From Lentisphaeria bacterium UBA2565 (GTDB taxonomy: Bacteria > Verrucomicrobiota > Lentisphaeria > UBA2565), in NCBI GenBank assembly GCA_002340265.1, contig DDLT01000235.1, positions 1-47,796 on the forward strand: a DNA stretch of 47,796 nt, written 5' to 3'. Under the pieces are notes generated by a model that worked only from the letters and a program-made list of their open reading frames with translations, was not told the origin of the DNA and made no database searches. Shown one piece after another: positions 43,025-47,796 of this stretch; position 1 is the stretch's first letter, and each line of letters opens with the position of its first letter. The position numbers and the translations under genes are program-made.

Positions 43025-44391
43025 TATTTTTTACCCTTCTTTTTCTTATTCTTACCTTTGCTTTTGTTCTTTTTATACTCTTCAGCAAGTTTATCATATT
43101 TATGAATTTTCAGCCCTTCTATCGGCATTTCTTTAATCTTTGCCTGGAGCTTTACTTTGATAGTTTTTTGTTCTTCTGAAAGCTTTTCGACCTCTAAAGG
43201 AGTCTCTTCCATTACATCGTTTTTGATATCGAAGAAGCGTCCGTCTGCGTACAATTTATAACGTTCGGTTCTAGCAAAAATACCTGCAACCTTGCTATTT
43301 CCTTTGAAGTATGACACGTAGGCGATGTTGTCGTGATTCGACTTTTCGCCTTTGATGGAAGAAAGAAAACTTTCACCGTCAAAAACTACATCTTTCGGAA
43401 GTTCTGCTTTTCCGGCATCAGCAATGGTCGGAAGAATGTCTGAGAAATCGATTACGTCATTGCTGACTTTTCCTTTTGCACCTGACTTCGGCCAGTAACT
43501 GATGAACGGTACACGTGTCCCTGCATCCGTCATCTTTCCTTTACCACCGCGAATTGTTTCACCATTCAGCTTTGAATAGATCTTTGTGTTGGTTCCATTG
43601 TCACCGGTAAACATAATCAACGTGTTATCGGCGATACCGTTTTTCTCAAGGTTTTTGACGAGTTTACCCATCAAGAAATCCATGTATTCCATCATATCTT
43701 CGAAGTTCTTTTGATTATCTTTACACTTTCTGTCTTCAGAGTGAGGAGTTGGAACAAAAGGATCGTGTACTAGAATCATCGGGTAGTAGATAAAGAACGG
43801 CTTATCTTTTTTACGATCGATAAAGTCTGTCACTTTGTTGAAAAGCACATCCGGACCATAGATGTCATTTCCAAACTGTTTCGTTTCGCCATTCAGGTTA
43901 AGCAATGGAGCCCAAAAACGTCCACCAAGAGATTCCACCTGCCATAGGTAGTACTCGTCAAAACCGGATTTGCTAGGGTGCATTCCTGTTTTGTTCAGAT
44001 AGTGACTTTGATTGTAGTGACCGAAAAGCTGCCATTTACCAGCAAGACAAGTTTCATAGCCTGCATCTGACATCACATGACCGAAGGTTTTCTCCTCTCC
44101 ATTTAACACGCGGAATGCCGAGTAGTTTCGTGTGTTAGTCTGGCCTGTCATAATTTTATTACGAGTCGGTGTACAAAGTGGGTTTGAGTAGGCGTGAGTG
44201 AAAATAACACCCTGTTCCGCCATCTTGTCTAAATTAGGAGTTTTATACTGTTTACTGCCGCTGAAACCAAAGCACTCGTAGCCGACATCGTCAGCCATAA
44301 TCATAATTACATTTGGTTTTTCTGTTTGAGCTGTTACCACGGTCGTTAGAGCGGTTGCGCAAATTGCCGCTGATTTTGTGAAAATGGACAT
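43024..44391 (-). CDS. secreted Cys-type sulfatase (arylsulfatase A-like) with poly-Lys tail
   Basis: NVIMIMADDVG and CTPTRNKIMTGQ motifs, with C-terminal KKNKSKGKNKKKKGKK. Confidence 0.92.
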   Translation of the reverse strand: MSIFTKSAAICATALTTVVTAQTEKPNVIMIMADDVGYECFGFSGSKQYKTPNLDKMAEQGVIFTHAYSNPLCTPTRNKIMTGQTNTRNYSAFRVLNGEEKTFGHVMSDAGYETCLAGKWQLFGHYNQSHYLNKTGMHPSKSGFDEYYLWQVESLGGRFWAPLLNLNGETKQFGNDIYGPDVLFNKVTDFIDRKKDKPFFIYYPMILVHDPFVPTPHSEDRKCKDNQKNFEDMMEYMDFLMGKLVKNLEKNGIADNTLIMFTGDNGTNTKIYSKLNGETIRGGKGKMTDAGTRVPFISYWPKSGAKGKVSNDVIDFSDILPTIADAGKAELPKDVVFDGESFLSSIKGEKSNHDNIAYVSYFKGNSKVAGIFARTERYKLYADGRFFDIKNDVMEETPLEVEKLSEEQKTIKVKLQAKIKEMPIEGLKIHKYDKLAEEYKKNKSKGKNKKKKGKK

Positions 44392-44499
44392 AAGCTTTTT
44401 CTCTTTTTAATTATTTAGTTCAATGTGTACTTACTTATACTCCATTAAGGAATTCCTCTTAACAGCAATATCAAGATATTCTTAGCGAATATTTACTGA

Positions 44500-44544
44500 A
44501 ATAAAAAAGGGGCTCACTTAGCGATGGTGACTAATTGAACCCCT
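44500..44544 (-). terminator. orphan intrinsic terminator inside the divergent sulfatase promoter region
   Basis: Minus strand reads aggggttcaattag-tcaccatcg-ctaagtgagcccct, a 14-bp stem with 1 mismatch and 1 G-U pair, followed by ttttttat. It lies about 110 nt upstream of the ATG at 44391. Confidence 0.65.
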
Positions 44545-44775
44545 TCAGGGAGAAGAAATATGTAAAGTTTTAACTTGTTTATCAGCTTAATTTGTTCATA
44601 TATACAATGCGAGATTTTGCCGTATAACAGATTTTTGTGAAAAAATGATAAAAAATGTTTATTTTGAATAAACTTTCTTCTTCAGTGATATAAAAATACT
44701 TTTTTTTTATGAAGTGGTGTCACTTTTGTGATGTTGAATTGTTTACATATATAGAGAACATAGAAAAAGGAGATA

Positions 44776-46131
44776 TTGATGAAAAAAATTACTACAGCTG
44801 TCGCATGTTTCAGTACTATTGCGTCAATTTCAGCTCAGGACAAAAAGCCGAACGTCCTGCTAATTCTTGCCGATGACCTTGGTTACAATGATTTGGGTTA
44901 TCAGGGTTCAAAGCATATTAAAACCCCACATTTAGACAAATTGGCTGCGCAAAGTGTTCGTTTTACCGATGCACATGTGACTTCACCGGTTTGCAGTCCT
45001 TCACGTGCAGGTTTAATGACAGGTCGCTACCAGCAACGCTTTGGACACGAAGGAAACTGCCCGAGACGTCCAGACGGTATGGATGTAAATGAGAAAACTA
45101 TGGCGCAGGCATTGAAAAAGCAGGGCTACAAAACTGCGCTTTTCGGGAAATGGCACCTTGGAGATGAAAAACACCAGTATCCGAATGTTCGTGGTTTTGA
45201 CGAATTCTGGGGACTGCGTGAAGGAAGTCGTAATTACTTTTTCAACAAAAAGAGTGACTTAAAAAAAGATAATCCAAAAGCAATTGAACACAATGGAAAA
45301 GCGGTTGAATGGAGTGGACATTTGACGGATCGCCTTACCGATAAAACTATTGAATACATTGATGCCAATAAAGAAAATCCGTTCTTTATTTTCCTCTCTT
45401 ATACTGCACCGCATGGACCACTTCAGTCAGCCAAAGAAGATCTGAAAGCTTTAGGTACAAAAGACAACTATGCCGGATTGGTCTACGGAATGGATCGCAA
45501 TATTGGCAGAGTGATTAAAAATCTTGAAGACAACAAGCTGATGGATAACACAATCATCTGGTTTCTTAGTGACAATGGAGGAACTGTTAAACAGGCGTCG
45601 AATCTTCCTCTTGGCGGAAAAAAAGGCACTGAGTTCGAAGGCGGACATCGCGTGCCGATGCTGATGTATTGGAAAGGCAAAGTTCCAGCTGGAAAAGATT
45701 ATGATGAATTAGTTTCATCTATGGATATCTATGCAACTTCTGTAAAAGCAGCAGGAGGAACTCTGAAGCAGGAACGTCCGCTTGACGGAAAAGATCTAAC
45801 TCCATTTATAAACAATGAGGCCAAAGGAATTCCACACAAAGCGCTTTATTTCCGTAAATTGGAGTGTGCATCTCTACGTTATGGTGACTGGAAAATGATC
45901 CGTGTGGATAAACTGGGTTACGGACTTTATGATCTGAAAAAAGATATTGGTGAAAACAAAAACCTCGCTAAAGAAATGCCTGAAAAACTAGCAGAAATGA
46001 AAGCGATGCTTAAAAAGTGGGAACAGGATAAAATGAAACCGCTTTGGAGTGAAGGGGTGAAATGGGAGAAAGTTCGCCACAAAGATCACAAAATAAAATT
46101 TGAAACTGGAGTCCTTCCAGGTTTTAACTAG
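44776..46131 (+). CDS. secreted Cys-type sulfatase (arylsulfatase)
   Basis: SD aaggag upstream. NVLLILADDLGYND and CSPSRAGLMTGRY motifs, with a signal peptide. 451 aa. Confidence 0.92.
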   Translation: MMKKITTAVACFSTIASISAQDKKPNVLLILADDLGYNDLGYQGSKHIKTPHLDKLAAQSVRFTDAHVTSPVCSPSRAGLMTGRYQQRFGHEGNCPRRPDGMDVNEKTMAQALKKQGYKTALFGKWHLGDEKHQYPNVRGFDEFWGLREGSRNYFFNKKSDLKKDNPKAIEHNGKAVEWSGHLTDRLTDKTIEYIDANKENPFFIFLSYTAPHGPLQSAKEDLKALGTKDNYAGLVYGMDRNIGRVIKNLEDNKLMDNTIIWFLSDNGGTVKQASNLPLGGKKGTEFEGGHRVPMLMYWKGKVPAGKDYDELVSSMDIYATSVKAAGGTLKQERPLDGKDLTPFINNEAKGIPHKALYFRKLECASLRYGDWKMIRVDKLGYGLYDLKKDIGENKNLAKEMPEKLAEMKAMLKKWEQDKMKPLWSEGVKWEKVRHKDHKIKFETGVLPGFN

Positions 46132-46197
46132 AACCTGAGTCCGTGATGGATTCAGGTAAAATATTTCCCCGAACTGCACCTAAATTAAGGAGAGAGT

Positions 46198-47640
46198 ATG
46201 AAGGTCGCAACTACGTTAGGATCAGCTTTTATGCTGACGAGTCTTATGGCTCAACAGAAACCGAATATTATTTACATTTTGGCGGATGATGCCGGAATTG
46301 GAGACTTCGGCTGTTATGGACAGAAAAAGATAAAAACGCCGAATGTGGATAAACTTTGTGCCGAAGGTATGAAGTTTACCCAACACTATTCTGGAAGTAC
46401 AGTTTGCGGACCTTCGCGAAGCTGCCTTATGACGGGACAGCATGTGGGAAATACAAGAGTTCGTGGAAATGGCGGTTTTTCCCTTCACGACGAAGATATT
46501 ACGGTCGCAGAAGTCCTGAAAGATGCCGGATATACCACCGGGACAATAGGCAAATGGGGACTTGGCGAAGTCAAAGCCTACGGCGGCAAAAAGGGCACAG
46601 AAGATAAAGCTCCCGGCGCCCCGTGGAAACAGGGTTTTGACTTCTTTTATGGTTATTTAAACCATTCAAATGCCCACCGTTATTATCCTAATTACATCTG
46701 GCGAAATGACAAAAAAGTCCTTTTCCCCGACAATGCAAAAAAGCGCACCGACTATATTCACGACCACTTTACCAAAGAAGCGGTTGGATTTATTGAAGAC
46801 AATAAAGACAAACCATTTTTTCTTTACCTTGCCTATACCACGCCGCATGTCGATTTGGACGTGCCGGAAGACTCTATGGAACCCTATTACGATATGTTCA
46901 AACCGGAAAAACCACGAGGTGGTGGCGGTTACAGAAAGCATAAGACTCCGCACTCCTGTTTCGCCGGAATGATTTCCCGAATGGATCGTGATGTCGGTTC
47001 AATTATTGATACTTTGAAAAAGTTAAAGATCGATAAAAACACCTTAGTCATCTTTACCAGTGACAACGGTGCGACAAACGCCGGCGGCGCAGACCCGAAC
47101 TTCTTTGATAGCAACAGTATTTACCGTGGTGTAAAACGTGACCTTTACGAAGGCGGCGTACGTGCCCCTCACATTGCATGGTGGCCGGGTAAAATCAAAG
47201 CTGGAACTGTAACTGACCATATTTCCACTCAATGGGACTTCATGGCGACTGCCGCAGAACTTGTCGGCGTAAAATGTCCGAAGCAGTCAGACGGAATCTC
47301 TTTTCTTCCCACTCTTCTTCAGAAAGGAAAGCAGGGCAAACATGCTCATCTGTACTGGGAGTTTTATGAGCAAGGTGGAAAACAGGCAGTAAGAAAAGGC
47401 AACTGGAAAGCCGTCCGTTTGAACGTATTGAAAAATCCAAAAGCAAAAATTCAGCTGTTTAACCTTTCAAAAGATGTGGAAGAGAAAAGTAATGTGGCTT
47501 CCAAATATCCAGAGGTCGCCGCAAAAATGACGCAGTTGATGGATTCAACCCGTTCAGAAAGTGACTACTTTAGCTTTGAGAAAGGCGGTGAGATGAAAAC
47601 AAAAAAGGGTAAGAAGTCCAAAAAAGGTAAAAAGAAATGA
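46198..47640 (+). CDS. secreted Cys-type sulfatase with poly-Lys tail
   Basis: SD aaggagag upstream. [11 protein letters not shown] and [13 protein letters not shown] motifs, with C-terminal [14 protein letters not shown]. Confidence 0.92.
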   Translation: MKVATTLGSAFMLTSLMAQQKPNIIYILADDAGIGDFGCYGQKKIKTPNVDKLCAEGMKFTQHYSGSTVCGPSRSCLMTGQHVGNTRVRGNGGFSLHDEDITVAEVLKDAGYTTGTIGKWGLGEVKAYGGKKGTEDKAPGAPWKQGFDFFYGYLNHSNAHRYYPNYIWRNDKKVLFPDNAKKRTDYIHDHFTKEAVGFIEDNKDKPFFLYLAYTTPHVDLDVPEDSMEPYYDMFKPEKPRGGGGYRKHKTPHSCFAGMISRMDRDVGSIIDTLKKLKIDKNTLVIFTSDNGATNAGGADPNFFDSNSIYRGVKRDLYEGGVRAPHIAWWPGKIKAGTVTDHISTQWDFMATAAELVGVKCPKQSDGISFLPTLLQKGKQGKHAHLYWEFYEQGGKQAVRKGNWKAVRLNVLKNPKAKIQLFNLSKDVEEKSNVASKYPEVAAKMTQLMDSTRSESDYFSFEKGGEMKTKKGKKSKKGKKK

Positions 47641-47796
47641 TTAGATCAATTTTAACAACAGGGCTGGTCAGTTCTGCTCTCCTAAATGCGGTAAGTGAAG
47701 ACAGACCGAATATCTTGTGGATTACATCAGAGGACAACAGCGTCGATTACATTGGTTGTTATGGGAACGAAATGATCAACACGCCGAATATCGACA
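47637..47796 (+). CDS. sulfatase, N-terminal fragment (runs off the right edge)
   Basis: The ATG overlaps the previous stop (ATGA). [35 protein letters not shown]... is a signal peptide followed by the sulfatase N-terminal metal-binding block. Confidence 0.75.
   Translation, partial: MIRSILTTGLVSSALLNAVSEDRPNILWITSEDNSVDYIGCYGNEMINTPNID

Overview
This is a 47.8-kb, moderately A+T-rich bacterial chromosomal segment. The gene content is six secreted Cys-type sulfatases, prepilin-like proteins without a full secretion apparatus, and an FGE-fold domain protein. This suggests a sulfated-glycan-degrading PVC-type organism (Lentisphaerota, Kiritimatiellota, Verrucomicrobiota or Planctomycetota); that placement is inference only.

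Four blocks run left to right.
1) 1-5.3 kb is housekeeping: tRNA-Leu(UAA), an RluB/RsuA-type pseudouridine synthase, the operon rsfS / CaCA exchanger / map, and a GT-A glycosyltransferase.
2) About 5.3-13.4 kb is a visibly more A+T-rich accessory island. It holds four transcription units fired from two divergent intergenic regions. The genes are a secreted HEAT-like protein, a 160-aa ORF translationally coupled to a Fic protein, an FGE-fold protein followed by a PD-(D/E)xK-like ORF, and a helical 218-aa ORF. The two intergenic regions share an exact 17-nt motif, which at one site is amplified into a 7 x 21-bp tandem array. Hairpin-containing direct repeats bracket part of the island. This is my best candidate for an undescribed system.
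3) 13.5-34 kb is mixed core and envelope genes. It includes an alpha/beta hydrolase, a rare bacterial Cdc123/D123-like ATP-grasp protein, a two-domain U32 Fe-S protein coupled to an ApbE lipoprotein, and a GT9 heptosyltransferase. It also carries Wzm/Wzt with a 1303-aa C25-like (clan CD) secreted protein, a decayed IMPase gene, rimO, an RlmD-like methyltransferase, PMM/PGM, pdxJ, a PHP hydrolase and ruvA.
4) 34-47.8 kb is a sulfatase cluster: a tail-anchored NUC1-type nuclease and six sulfatases, three of them with poly-lysine C-terminal tails. The cluster encloses a three-gene pseudopilin (GspI/J/K-like) operon with a giant 976-aa K-like member.

No CRISPR array, transposase, integrase or rRNA gene was seen.
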